Positions 18,143-28,183 of a stretch of DNA of 64,000 nt are shown here, in pieces (within the stretch, counting starts at the first letter, position 1; each line of letters begins with the position of its first letter). A program made the translations under genes and the position numbers. The stretch comes from an uncultured Massilimicrobiota sp. (GTDB lineage Bacteria > Bacillota_I > Bacilli_A > Erysipelotrichales > Coprobacillaceae). The stretch lies in contig CALUZM010000002.1 of assembly GCA_944325245.1 (NCBI GenBank), forward strand, positions 5,082 to 69,081, in the 5' to 3' direction. The notes under the pieces are model-generated. The model was not told the DNA's origin. It saw only the letters and a program-made list of their open reading frames with translations, and ran no database searches.

Positions 18143-18871
18143 ATGGCATACGAAGTTGTTCTTGATGATTTTCAGGGTCCGTTAGATTTATTATTACATT
18201 TGATAAAAGAAAAGGAAATGGATTTAGAAACATTGGAAGTTTCAGTGATTACAGATCAATATTTAGCTTATATTGACCAGATGGATCCACAACAATTAGA
18301 AACAGTTTCAGAATATCTTGTAATGGCTGCCCAGCTCATTGAAATGAAGAGTAAAATGCTTTTACCTAGTGAAAAGGTTGAGTTAGAAGATGAATATCAA
18401 CCTGATCCACGTGAACAGTTAATTCAAAGATTGATTGAATATAAAAGATATAAAGATGTTTTGGAAGATTTTAAAGAGCAATATGAAAAACGTCAGCTCA
18501 TTCATACCAAGGCACCTGCTTTAATGGATGATTATGTGGTTGATACAAGTGAAATGATTCCTCAAAATCTTGAAGTTTATGATCTCATTCGTGCAATGCA
18601 AAAAATGTTTCAAAGAAAAGCTTTAATGGCACCTTTAGAATCAAAAATTGCACGTATTGAAATTTCTATTGATGAACGTAGTGATCAGATTAGACAATAT
18701 TTCCGTATACATAAAAATCAGAAAGTCAAATTAGAAGATCTATTTGATGAACCAACAAAGATATATTTTGTGATTACATTTTTATCAATATTGGTTCTGG
18801 TCAATAAAAATGAGTTGATCATAGAACAAAATGGTAATTTTGAAGATATCTATTTAAAGGAGCGAACTTGA
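18143..18871 (+). CDS. scpA: Segregation and condensation protein A (kleisin)
   Basis: FQGPLDLLLHLI, SEYLVMAAQLIEMKS..LLP, DPRE.L..RL.EY, V.TFL..L.L. Start moved to 18143. Confidence 0.95.
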   Translation: MAYEVVLDDFQGPLDLLLHLIKEKEMDLETLEVSVITDQYLAYIDQMDPQQLETVSEYLVMAAQLIEMKSKMLLPSEKVELEDEYQPDPREQLIQRLIEYKRYKDVLEDFKEQYEKRQLIHTKAPALMDDYVVDTSEMIPQNLEVYDLIRAMQKMFQRKALMAPLESKIARIEISIDERSDQIRQYFRIHKNQKVKLEDLFDEPTKIYFVITFLSILVLVNKNELIIEQNGNFEDIYLKERT

Positions 18872-19446
18872 TGGAAGATAAGGAAATCTTAAGTGTTATC
18901 GAAGGAATGTTGTTTTTGGCTGGAGATGATGGTTTAACAATCAAACAAATCAGTAATGTCTTACAGTTAAGTAAAAAAGAAGCAACACAGTATATGGATG
19001 AGTTAATGCAAATAGAACATCAAAGAGAAGTCAAAGGATTTGAGCTTGTCAACTTTGGAGGTGTCTATAAATTTGCGACACTACCACAACATCACGAATA
19101 TTATCAACGCATGATTGAACAGAGTGAAAATACATTGTCAAATGCTGCTTTAGAAACTTTAGCGATTATTGCTTATAATCAGCCTATTACACGTGTAGGT
19201 GTTGAAGAAATTAGAGGTGTTGGTTGTGATGCTATGATTAGAAAGCTGGTTGCTAAGGCATTGATTAAGGAAGTCGGAAGAGAAGATACACCGGGGAAAC
19301 CGATTTTATATGGTGTGACAGATGAATTTATGGATGCTTTTTCTTTGACATCTTTAGATGAGTTACCTGAACTGAAAGAAATGAAAGAAGATTTTGATCA
19401 GGAAGATATTTTTAATACAAAGTATACTGAGGATAAAGCACTTTAA
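18868..19446 (+). CDS. scpB: Segregation and condensation protein B
   Basis: IEGMLFLAG, LSNAALETLAIIAYNQPITR..VEEIRGV, GR..TPGKPILY..T..F...F.L.SL.ELP. Confidence 0.95.
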   Translation: MMEDKEILSVIEGMLFLAGDDGLTIKQISNVLQLSKKEATQYMDELMQIEHQREVKGFELVNFGGVYKFATLPQHHEYYQRMIEQSENTLSNAALETLAIIAYNQPITRVGVEEIRGVGCDAMIRKLVAKALIKEVGREDTPGKPILYGVTDEFMDAFSLTSLDELPELKEMKEDFDQEDIFNTKYTEDKAL

Positions 19447-19476
19447 TGTGCTTTTTTTAGAAATGAAGAAGAGAAA

Positions 19477-20283
19477 ATGTCTTATATTTATGCAATATCA
19501 GATATTCATGGTAGATATGATTTGTTAGAAGAAATGGTAAGAGAACGCCTACATTTTGAAATAGGAGATGTTCTTGTCTTATTAGGTGATTATGTGGATG
19601 GAGGAGATTCCTATACAACACTTGAAAAGATTTATCAGCTTCAAAAATTATATCCGCAACAGGTTATTGTACTGATGGGAAATCATGAAGAATGGCTATT
19701 ATCATTTTTACGAAATCGTCCAAGTCGTCTGTCAGTTCAGATACAGCAGAATTTTCAGACTTTAGAAAGTTTTATTGGGGAAGAAGAATTCACACGCATC
19801 TATCAACACTCAGCGCAACATTATCAGGAGCGTTATTCTCTTTTGGAAGATATGTATCAACAATGTCGAAAGCAAATTTGTCAAAAGTATGGTTATCTGA
19901 TTGAATGGCTGGAAAAACTGCCATATTATTATGAAAGTGCCTATCAACAGATATTTGTCCATGCAGGAATTGAGGTTGTTTTGGGATTTGAGGAGGCATG
20001 GAAAGATCTTTCTGATGAGAATATTTTTTGTATGAAGTATCCGCCAGAAAAGGGGAGTTTCTATAAAACAGTGATTGCTGGACATGTGGGAACACATCAG
20101 ATAGTCAATGATCCTACATTTCATCGTATTTGTCGCCTAGGAGACTTTATATATCTGGATTCTTCAGTTGCTCAGAGTCAGCATTTAAATTTACTGGCAT
20201 TTCATTGTCAAACATATCAATATCAAGGATGGATTAAAGAGAAGGGGCAGTGGATCAGTTATGATATTCCGTCTTTATTGTAA
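19477..20283 (+). CDS. Metallophosphoesterase (bacterial Ser/Thr phosphatase PrpA/ApaH-like)
   Basis: AISDIHG, GDYVDGG, MGNHE, FVHAGI, IAGH, LDS. Confidence 0.85.
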   Translation: MSYIYAISDIHGRYDLLEEMVRERLHFEIGDVLVLLGDYVDGGDSYTTLEKIYQLQKLYPQQVIVLMGNHEEWLLSFLRNRPSRLSVQIQQNFQTLESFIGEEEFTRIYQHSAQHYQERYSLLEDMYQQCRKQICQKYGYLIEWLEKLPYYYESAYQQIFVHAGIEVVLGFEEAWKDLSDENIFCMKYPPEKGSFYKTVIAGHVGTHQIVNDPTFHRICRLGDFIYLDSSVAQSQHLNLLAFHCQTYQYQGWIKEKGQWISYDIPSLL

Positions 20284-20285
20284 AG

Positions 20286-20313
20286 AAAGTGATCAAAGTG
20301 AATCACTTTTTTT
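20286..20313 (+). terminator. Intrinsic terminator
   Basis: AAAGTGAT..ATCACTTT followed by a long T tract. Confidence 0.65.
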
Positions 20314-20314
20314 A

Positions 20315-20374
20315 TTGACTTAAAAGTTACACTATGCTAACATTAAGAGGATTTTTTAGTTAGATAAAGCTAAC
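20315..20374 (+). promoter_or_regulatory. Promoter with two GTTA(C/G)-N6-CTAAC palindromic boxes
   Basis: TTGACT at about 20315; GTTACACTATGCTAAC at 20326-20341 and GTTAGATAAAGCTAAC at 20359-20374. Confidence 0.6.
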
Positions 20375-20391
20375 GACGAAGGGAGTAAAAT

Positions 20392-22113
20392 ATGTTTGAC
20401 AAAAGATTATTAAAAGAAATGCCAAACGCGAGACCATATATTTTTAAACAGGTATTTTGTCAATGGATTGCATTATTGATGAATATTCTGTTTACTTTAT
20501 TGATATGTTTTTTATTTATTCATTTGTATGAAAATCAGATAACCATGCAGATGATCATAAATGTTTTGATAAGCATGTTGATTTTATTAGTCATAAGAGC
20601 CTTGGTTTTAAAGAAGGTAACACATTATTCCTATTTAGGAGCTAGTGTTGTCAAAAAGACTTTGCGTCAACGTGTATTTGAAAAAGTTTTAGATTTAGGA
20701 AATCATTATCAGGATTATGTGAGAACGAGTGAGCTGGTGCAGCTTTCTGTTGAAGGAATTAATCAGTTAGAAACATACTTTTCTTTATATGTGCCACAGC
20801 TTTTTTATAGTGTTTTAGCTCCTTTGACATTATTTATCATAACAGCTTTTTGGGATTGGAAGAGTGCTGTACTTTTATTTATTTGCGTGCCTTTGATTCC
20901 TATATCCATTGTCCTTGTACAGAAATTTGCCAAAAGATTGCTGGCAAAATACTGGAATAGTTATACAACTCTTGGTGATAGCTTCTTAGAAAATCTTCAA
21001 GGATTAACGACTTTAAAGATTTATCAGAGTGATGGCTATAAACAACAACAGATGAATCAGGAAGCAGAAAATTTCCGTCGTGTCACAATGCGTGTTTTGA
21101 TTATGCAGTTAAACAGCATTAGTGTTATGGATATTGTAGCTTATGGTGGGGCTGGGTTAGGAAGCTTTCTAGCTATTTTCCATTATCAGCATCAAACCCT
21201 TTCTTTATTTGGTGCTTTATTTATTGTGCTGATGTCATTTGAGTTTTTCATTCCTTTAAGACAGCTTGGATCATTTTTCCATATTGCGATGAATGGTATT
21301 GCTGCTAGTGAGAAAATCTTTAAAATTTTAGATTTACCAGTTGAAAAACAAGGTCATTTGAAAATGGATTCTCATTTTGATATTTGTTTGGACCATCTTT
21401 CTTTCCAGTATGAGGAGGATCGTCCTATTTTAAAGGATGTCTCATTAAAAGTACAACCACATCAATTTATTGGGATTGTTGGGGAAAGTGGAAGTGGAAA
21501 GAGTACAATCGCTAAATTGATTATGGGTTATCATCATTATCAGCAGGGAAATTTATGGATTCAAGGAAAACAACGTTATGATATTGATGATCAAAATTTT
21601 ATGGAACATGTGATGTATGTAACCCATGATCCAATGATTTTTAAAGGAACATTAAGAGACTGTTTAGATATTTTTCATCAGTATCGTGATGAAGAGTTAT
21701 GGCAGGTTCTTAAAAAAGTTCATTTGGATCTTTTCTTTCAAGAACAGGATGGTTTAAAGACTTTCTTATTAGAAGGTGGAAGCAACCTTTCAGGTGGTCA
21801 AAAACAACGTTTAAATCTAGCAAGAGCTCTATTAAAAAATAGTGATCTTTATATTTTTGATGAAGCGACAAGTAATATTGATGTGGAAAGTGAAGAACAG
21901 ATTCTTAAAGTGATTCAGGAATTGTCCAAAACAAAAACTGTGATTTTCATAACACATCATTTAAAGACTGTCAAAGATTGTGATTGTATCTATGTGATGG
22001 ATAAAGGATGTTTAAGTGAAAGTGGAACACATGTAGAACTTTTCAATACTGGGGGAATTTATCACAAAATGTATCAAAAACAACAGGAATTGGAGGTGTA
22101 TGGTTGTGAGTAA
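20392..22113 (+). CDS. ABC exporter permease/ATPase, CydD-like subfamily
   Basis: TM domain with QLE.YF..Y.PQL and EFF.PLR.LGSFFH; Walker A GESGSGKST, LSGGQKQR, FDEATSNID. Confidence 0.88.
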   Translation: MFDKRLLKEMPNARPYIFKQVFCQWIALLMNILFTLLICFLFIHLYENQITMQMIINVLISMLILLVIRALVLKKVTHYSYLGASVVKKTLRQRVFEKVLDLGNHYQDYVRTSELVQLSVEGINQLETYFSLYVPQLFYSVLAPLTLFIITAFWDWKSAVLLFICVPLIPISIVLVQKFAKRLLAKYWNSYTTLGDSFLENLQGLTTLKIYQSDGYKQQQMNQEAENFRRVTMRVLIMQLNSISVMDIVAYGGAGLGSFLAIFHYQHQTLSLFGALFIVLMSFEFFIPLRQLGSFFHIAMNGIAASEKIFKILDLPVEKQGHLKMDSHFDICLDHLSFQYEEDRPILKDVSLKVQPHQFIGIVGESGSGKSTIAKLIMGYHHYQQGNLWIQGKQRYDIDDQNFMEHVMYVTHDPMIFKGTLRDCLDIFHQYRDEELWQVLKKVHLDLFFQEQDGLKTFLLEGGSNLSGGQKQRLNLARALLKNSDLYIFDEATSNIDVESEEQILKVIQELSKTKTVIFITHHLKTVKDCDCIYVMDKGCLSESGTHVELFNTGGIYHKMYQKQQELEVYGCE

Positions 22114-23755
22114 TGTCCAAGTGATTTTGAAGATGTTGAGACTTGTGAAGCCTTTAACATTGCCTATGTTATTAGCAATATTCATAGGAGTGCTTGGTTT
22201 TTTATGTGCTATTGGTATACCTGTTATTTCTGTGATGGCAATTTTACAAATCAGTGGTATGTATCCACATTTTCCTCTTGATTATTTATTGATGATACTA
22301 CTTTCTATGGCAATTTTAAGAGGTGTTTTGCATTATGGAGAACAGGCAGCCAATCATTATATTGCCTTTAAATTACTGGCTATCATTCGTGATCGTGTCT
22401 ATACGGCTTTAAGACGCCTTGCTCCTGCAAAATTAGATGGACAGGATAAAGGAAATTTGATTTCTTTGATTACAAATGATGTAGAATTGCTTGAAGTTTT
22501 CTATGCTCATACAATTTCACCGGTTGTCATTGCCTTTTTCACATCTCTTATTCTATTGAAATTTTTTGCACATTTACATCCTATCGCAATGCTGATTGCT
22601 CTTGTTGCCTACATTACAATGGCGATTGTCATTCCTTTTTATGTTCATCATCAGGGACATGATATTGGTCAGAAAAATCGTGATGAAATTGGTAACATGA
22701 GTAGTTTCTTACTAGAAAGCTATCGCGGATTATCTACTCTTTTTCAATATCATGCAGGTCAAAAAAGATTAGAAGATATGATGAAAAAGAGTGATGATAT
22801 AGAACAATTACAGGGTCGTATGAAAAAGATTGAAGCAAAGCAGACAGTTGTATCACAATTATTGATTTCATTCTCTGCCATGGTGATGTTTGTTGTCATG
22901 TTTATGTTATATAGCCAAGGTGAAATCAGTGTTTATCGTGTCATTATGGCCGTTGTTTTGATGCTTTCTAGCTTTGGGCCTGTTATGGCATTATCGAATT
23001 TGGCTAATAATTTATTATCAACACTTAGCAGTGGACGCCGTGTTATGTCTTTATTGGAAGAAGAAGCGTTGATTCCAGAAGTGACGCAGCAACCAGAAAC
23101 TCTTTTTGATACTATTCATGTTGATCATGTTTCATTTGATTATGATTCTCAAGATGAAATTATTCATGATTTGACTACTGATTTTCAAAAAGGGCAAGTC
23201 ACAGGAATTATTGGGAAAAGTGGTAGTGGAAAATCAACTTTGTTGAAACTTCTGATGCGTTTTTATGATCCAGTAGATGGTGTGATAAGAATTGGTGAAA
23301 AAGAGCTTCAGATGATTAATACTTTTGATATGCGACATATGTTTGCCTATGTCACACAAGAAACAGTCTTATTTCATGATTCTATTGAAAATAATTTGCG
23401 AATTGCCAGACTTGATGCCAGTTTAGAAGATATACAAAAAGCATGTCAAAAGGCAAGCATTCATGACTGGATTATGTCTTTACCTGATGGCTATGCCACA
23501 AAAGTCAGTGAGTTAGGAAGTTCATTATCAGGAGGCGAAAGACAGCGTCTTGGTCTAGCAAGAGCTTTTTTAAGTCAGGCAGAATGTATTTTATTAGATG
23601 AACCAACAAGTAATTTAGATGTATTAAATGAAGCTATTATTTTAAAAGCTTTGCAAAATGAAAAAGAAAGAACGATTATTTTGGTATCGCATCGTGAATC
23701 TACAATGAAAATCGCTCAAAAAGTCATGACAATGGATCAAGGAAGGATGAGTTAA
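22100..23755 (+). CDS. ABC exporter permease/ATPase, CydC-like subfamily
   Basis: RGVLHYGEQ..NH.IAF.LLA.IR..VY..L.RLAPA, D.ELLEVFYAHTISP; GKSGSGKST, LSGGERQR, LDEPTSNLD. Confidence 0.88.
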   Translation: MVVSNVQVILKMLRLVKPLTLPMLLAIFIGVLGFLCAIGIPVISVMAILQISGMYPHFPLDYLLMILLSMAILRGVLHYGEQAANHYIAFKLLAIIRDRVYTALRRLAPAKLDGQDKGNLISLITNDVELLEVFYAHTISPVVIAFFTSLILLKFFAHLHPIAMLIALVAYITMAIVIPFYVHHQGHDIGQKNRDEIGNMSSFLLESYRGLSTLFQYHAGQKRLEDMMKKSDDIEQLQGRMKKIEAKQTVVSQLLISFSAMVMFVVMFMLYSQGEISVYRVIMAVVLMLSSFGPVMALSNLANNLLSTLSSGRRVMSLLEEEALIPEVTQQPETLFDTIHVDHVSFDYDSQDEIIHDLTTDFQKGQVTGIIGKSGSGKSTLLKLLMRFYDPVDGVIRIGEKELQMINTFDMRHMFAYVTQETVLFHDSIENNLRIARLDASLEDIQKACQKASIHDWIMSLPDGYATKVSELGSSLSGGERQRLGLARAFLSQAECILLDEPTSNLDVLNEAIILKALQNEKERTIILVSHRESTMKIAQKVMTMDQGRMS

Positions 23756-24042
23756 TGAATTTAGATAAAAAAAGACAAAGAGAAATAGAGATTGTCACAC
23801 TCATGATTCATTTGTATTGTTTACATCATGATGATATTCAAGAGGAAAAATTATCACAATATGCTAGAGAGCGTATTCAAAAATGTCCAAGGATGGAAGA
23901 TAAGACTTTTTGTAGTCAATGTCAGATTCATTGTTATCGTCAAGATATGCAGGAACAAATCAAAAAAGTCATGCGATATAGCGGTCCTAGAATGATTTTG
24001 TATCATCCTATTATGGCTATCAGGCATGCTTTGAAAATTTAG
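23755..24042 (+). CDS. YgbA family ('nitrous oxide-stimulated promoter' family) protein
   Basis: RE...V..MI.LYC, YA..R..KCP....KTFCSQC.IHCY....QE.IK.VMRYSGPRM..YHP. Confidence 0.85.
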   Translation: MNLDKKRQREIEIVTLMIHLYCLHHDDIQEEKLSQYARERIQKCPRMEDKTFCSQCQIHCYRQDMQEQIKKVMRYSGPRMILYHPIMAIRHALKI

Positions 24043-24053
24043 GAGGAAACGAT

Positions 24054-24431
24054 ATGCGTTATATTTATTTATTCATTGGTATCATCAGTTTAGGATTTGG
24101 TGTTATCGGTATCGTATTACCTATTTTACCAACAACACCATTTCTTTTGTTAGCAGGTTTTTGTTTTGCAAGAAGTTCCAAGCGTGTTCACGAATGGTTT
24201 GTTTCTTCAAAGATTTATCAGAAACATCTTGATTCGTTTGTGAAAGAAAGAGCCATGACTTTGAAAACAAAAGTTTGTATTTTAAGTTTTGCAAGTTTCA
24301 TGTTGCTGTTTCCATTGATTTTCACTGATCATCTTCTATTAAAAATCTTTATTCTTTTTCTTTATGTTTTTAAATATTATTATTTCATTTTTAAAATTAA
24401 AACTGTCTCTGCTCCAAGAGAGAGAATATAA
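24054..24431 (+). CDS. YbaN/DUF454 family membrane protein
   Basis: G.IGIVLPILPTTPFLLLA.FCFARSSKR.H.W. Confidence 0.88.
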   Translation: MRYIYLFIGIISLGFGVIGIVLPILPTTPFLLLAGFCFARSSKRVHEWFVSSKIYQKHLDSFVKERAMTLKTKVCILSFASFMLLFPLIFTDHLLLKIFILFLYVFKYYYFIFKIKTVSAPRERI

Positions 24432-24473
24432 AAAAAGAAGCACATCATGTATCACATGATGGCTTCTTTTTGG
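24431..24473. terminator. Bidirectional terminator
   Basis: AAAAAAGAAGC.CATCATG-TAT-CACATGATGGCTTCTTTTT. Confidence 0.7.
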
Positions 24474-24474
24474 T

Positions 24475-24681
24475 TTAATCGATAACAGTTACATTAGTTG
24501 CTTGAGGTCCTCTATCTCCTTCAACGATATCGAATTCAACAGTTTGACCTTCCTCTAAAGTTTTAAATCCTTCAGCGTTGATTGAAGAAAAATGAACGAA
24601 AATGTCTTTTTCTTCACCTTCCATAGTAATGAAACCATAACCTTTATCAGATTTAAACCATTTGACTTTACCTGTACTCAT
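24475..24681 (-). CDS. Cold-shock protein (CspA family)
   Basis: [44 protein letters not shown]. Start at 24681 behind AAGGAGG. Confidence 0.95.
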   Translation of the reverse strand: MSTGKVKWFKSDKGYGFITMEGEEKDIFVHFSSINAEGFKTLEEGQTVEFDIVEGDRGPQATNVTVID

Positions 24682-24895
24682 TATGAAGTACCTCCTTAAG
24701 AAAATTCGCAAAAAACCAGTACTTCATTTTTAAACGACTAATAGATCTTTGGATTGAAGAATAACTAATACTTTTAAAAATACGTGCTATGTTCCTTTGC
24801 TATTTTATTATAACATAGACTTTTTTTTCGTACAAGTTCTTGTTGACTTTAGGTAGAATTAGGGTATCATTTGAATAAGAGAAAGGTGGATAATC

Positions 24896-26113
24896 ATGTT
24901 AGAAAAATATGCTGAACTTATTATCAAACAGGGAGTAAATTTACAAGTTGGACAGGAATTGCTGATTGATGCATCTATAGATAGTTATCAGTTAGTACGT
25001 TTACTTACAAAAAAAGCTTACGAAGTAGGCGCAAAAGATGTTATTGTCAATTATCGTGATGAAGAAGTTTCACGTTTAAGATATGAATATTGTCATCAGG
25101 AACATTTTGAAACAGTGCCTCTTTATATTCAGGAACTTCGCAACCAATATGCAGCAAGACATGCTGCTTTGGTTTCTATTGAATCATCTGATCCTGAATT
25201 ATTAAAAGACATTGATCCAATCAAGATTCAAACATGGAGTAAGGCGGTTCGTCAGGCTTGTCAGCCATTTTATGATGCCCTAGATTTAGGTGTGAATCGC
25301 TGGTGTATCGTTGCTGCTCCAAGTGTTGGTTGGGCGAATAAAGTCTTCCCTGAAATGAGTGATAAAGAGGCTGTTGAGGCTTTATGGAAGGCTATTTTCA
25401 AGGCGACTCGCTGTGACCAGGATGATCCTGTTGAAGCATGGAATGAACATCGTCGTTCTTTTGAAAGAAGAGTTCAAATATTAAATGAAAAGAAAATTCA
25501 ATCCTTACATTATCAAAATGGATTGGGAACGGATTTGACTATTGGTATGAATCCTCATTATCTGTTTGCCGGAGGAGGAAGTTATACAACAGATGGTATT
25601 TACTCTTTCCCTAATATGCCAACAGAAGAAATTTTTACATCACCTGATTTTCATCAGGTCAATGGAACAGTTTATAGCTCAATGCCTTTGCATTATCAGG
25701 GGCATATTGTTGATCAGTTTTACATGACATTTAAAGATGGTCGTATCATTGATTATGGAGCTCAACAGGGGGCAGATGTTTTAAAAAGTATTATTGAAAC
25801 GGATGAGGGAAGTCATTATTTAGGTGAGGTGGCCTTTGTGCCCTATGATTCTCCAATTCGTCGTATGAATCTGGTTTTCTATAATACACTTTTTGATGAA
25901 AATGCATCATGTCATCTGGCTATTGGAAAAGGTTTTGGTGAATGTATCAAAGATGGTCTTCAAATGAGTAAAGAAGAACTTTATCAACAAGGTATTAATG
26001 ATTCTTTGACACATGTTGATTTTATGATAGGAACAAAAGATTTATCGATTGAAGCCATTTTGGAAAATGGAGAAAAATTTGTGATTTTTAAAGATGGCAA
26101 CTTTGCATTTTAA
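24896..26113 (+). CDS. M29 family aminopeptidase (AmpS/PepS-like)
   Basis: LEKYAEL....GVNLQ.GQ, FPNMPTEEIFTSP, LGEVAFVP, FYNTLFDENASCHLAIG, NDSLTHVDFMIG. Confidence 0.92.
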   Translation: MLEKYAELIIKQGVNLQVGQELLIDASIDSYQLVRLLTKKAYEVGAKDVIVNYRDEEVSRLRYEYCHQEHFETVPLYIQELRNQYAARHAALVSIESSDPELLKDIDPIKIQTWSKAVRQACQPFYDALDLGVNRWCIVAAPSVGWANKVFPEMSDKEAVEALWKAIFKATRCDQDDPVEAWNEHRRSFERRVQILNEKKIQSLHYQNGLGTDLTIGMNPHYLFAGGGSYTTDGIYSFPNMPTEEIFTSPDFHQVNGTVYSSMPLHYQGHIVDQFYMTFKDGRIIDYGAQQGADVLKSIIETDEGSHYLGEVAFVPYDSPIRRMNLVFYNTLFDENASCHLAIGKGFGECIKDGLQMSKEELYQQGINDSLTHVDFMIGTKDLSIEAILENGEKFVIFKDGNFAF

Positions 26114-26174
26114 AATTGACAAATATTCAGATTTTCATTAATATGTTTTTCTGGAGACATAAAGGAGGGAAATC

Positions 26175-27764
26175 ATGTCAGAATTTAGAGAAGAAGTTCA
26201 AAAGCGTAGAACATTTGCAATTATTTCACATCCGGATGCTGGTAAGACAACTTTAACAGAAAAATTCCTTCTTTATGGAGGAGCTATCCAGGAAGCTGGG
26301 ATGGTTAAAGGAAAAAAACAGTCAAGACATGCTGTCAGTGACTGGATGGAAATTGAAAAACAAAGAGGAATTTCAGTCACATCATCAGTATTACAGTTTA
26401 ATTATGATGGTTTTTGTATCAATATTTTGGATACGCCAGGACACCAGGACTTCTCAGAAGATACATATCGTACTTTGATGGCAGCAGATAGTGCTGTGAT
26501 GGTTATAGATGGATCTAAAGGGGTCGAAGATCAGACACGTAAGTTGTTTAAAGTATGTGCCATGCGTCATATTCCTATTTTTACATTTATTAATAAAATG
26601 GATAGAGAAGCCAAAGATCCTTATGAATTAATGGAAGAAATTGAGCGTGAATTGGGAGTTGAAACATGTGCTATCAACTGGCCAATTGGATGCGGAAAAG
26701 AATTCAAGGGTGTCTATGAAAGACAAAAAGAAGAAGTGATTCGCTTTATTCCAGTTCAGGGTGGAAAAAAAGAAGTAGACGTAGAAATACGTAGTGCTCA
26801 CGATGAATCATTAAAAGAGCTTATTGGAGATAGCTTGTATCAGCAGTTACAGGATGATATTGAATTACTGGATGGAGCTGGAGCAGAATTTGATTTAGAT
26901 CGTGTACAAAAAGGAGAACTTTCACCAGTTTGTTTTGGATCAGCACTCACAAATTTTGGTGTTGAACCTTTCCTGAAGCACTTCTTAGCTATGACTACTG
27001 CACCATTACCACGCAAAAGTAATATTGGAGAAATTGATCCTTTTTCAGAAGAATTCAGTGCTTTTGTCTTTAAAATTCAGGCCAATATGAATAAGGCGCA
27101 TCGTGACCGTATGGCTTTTATGCGTATTTGTTCTGGAAAGTTTACCAAAGGGATGGAAGTTTTCCATTATCAGGGAAACAAAAAGATTAAGTTAAATCAG
27201 TCTAAACAATTAATGGCTGAAAATCGTGAAGAAGTTGAAGAGGCTTACTCAGGAGATATTATTGGTGTTTTTGATCCTGGTATCTTTTCAATTGGAGATA
27301 CGTTATGTACAGCCAAAAATAAATTTGCTTATGAAGGTATTCCAACATTTGCGCCAGAACATTTTGCGATGATTAGAAATAAAGACACAATGAAACGTAA
27401 GCAATTTGTTAAAGGTGTAGAACAGATTGCCCAAGAAGGTGCTATTCAGATTTTTACTGAATTAGGTGGTGGAATGGAAGAAATCATTGTTGGTGTTGTG
27501 GGTATCTTACAATTTGAGGTTTTAACATATCGTTTAAAAAATGAATATAATGTAGATATCATCAGTACACCACTTCCTTATCAATTTATACGTTGGATTA
27601 AAAATGATCAGGTGGATTTCAAGAAATTGAATTTATCTTCTGATACAAAGAAAGTTCAGGATCTCAAAGGACAATATTTGCTGTTGTTTTCTAATGAATG
27701 GGGTGTACGTTGGGCAACGGATAAGAACCCTGATTTACAGTTAGCAGAATTTTCACAAAATTAA
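26175..27764 (+). CDS. prfC: Peptide chain release factor 3
   Basis: RRTFAIISHPDAGKTTLTEK, SDWME.EKQRGISVTSSV, DTPGHQDFSEDTYR, NKMDR, GVVG.LQFEV. Confidence 0.97.
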   Translation: MSEFREEVQKRRTFAIISHPDAGKTTLTEKFLLYGGAIQEAGMVKGKKQSRHAVSDWMEIEKQRGISVTSSVLQFNYDGFCINILDTPGHQDFSEDTYRTLMAADSAVMVIDGSKGVEDQTRKLFKVCAMRHIPIFTFINKMDREAKDPYELMEEIERELGVETCAINWPIGCGKEFKGVYERQKEEVIRFIPVQGGKKEVDVEIRSAHDESLKELIGDSLYQQLQDDIELLDGAGAEFDLDRVQKGELSPVCFGSALTNFGVEPFLKHFLAMTTAPLPRKSNIGEIDPFSEEFSAFVFKIQANMNKAHRDRMAFMRICSGKFTKGMEVFHYQGNKKIKLNQSKQLMAENREEVEEAYSGDIIGVFDPGIFSIGDTLCTAKNKFAYEGIPTFAPEHFAMIRNKDTMKRKQFVKGVEQIAQEGAIQIFTELGGGMEEIIVGVVGILQFEVLTYRLKNEYNVDIISTPLPYQFIRWIKNDQVDFKKLNLSSDTKKVQDLKGQYLLLFSNEWGVRWATDKNPDLQLAEFSQN

Positions 27765-27893
27765 TGATCATAAAAGAAATGAATCATCATGATTGATTTC
27801 TTTTTTTTATGATTTTTTTAGATAACATTCAAAATGATTTCTCTTTTGTAGACATTTCAAAAGTGATAGAATAATGACAAGGAGGTGTCATCT

Positions 27894-28139
27894 GTGGCTA
27901 ATGAAGGAAAACGATGTTATTGTCGTTGTATTCAGGATATGCATATGGTTGTTGGCAAAGAAGATTTGATTATTTTTCAAAAAAATCAGATTTATTCTTG
28001 CGTGATTCGTACAGGTGACACGGAAGTTACTTTTTATAAAATTTATGGTGAGGAGTTTTCATTGAGTTGTAGTGAAGCAGAATTTAAAGAATATTTTCAT
28101 ATTGTCAAACATAGTCAATCCTATGATAAATCATGCTGA
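27894..28139 (+). CDS. Hypothetical 81-aa Cys-containing protein
   Basis: GTG start at 27894 behind AAGGAGGTG; flanked by a terminator upstream (27772-27808). Confidence 0.7.
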   Translation: MANEGKRCYCRCIQDMHMVVGKEDLIIFQKNQIYSCVIRTGDTEVTFYKIYGEEFSLSCSEAEFKEYFHIVKHSQSYDKSC

Positions 28140-28183
28140 CTCTTTGTTTTTTATAAAAAATATGTTATGATGTCGTAGAAAGG

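Noticed and set aside
18143-19446. scpA/scpB as part of a Wadjet/MksBEF defence system or as partners of the middle-component-like domain
   Set aside because: Sequences are canonical housekeeping ScpA and ScpB, with no adjacent SMC-like or JetD genes.
20392-23755. Naming the exporters cydD/cydC
   Set aside because: Same subfamily, but no cydAB nearby and a different gene context, so symbols were withheld.
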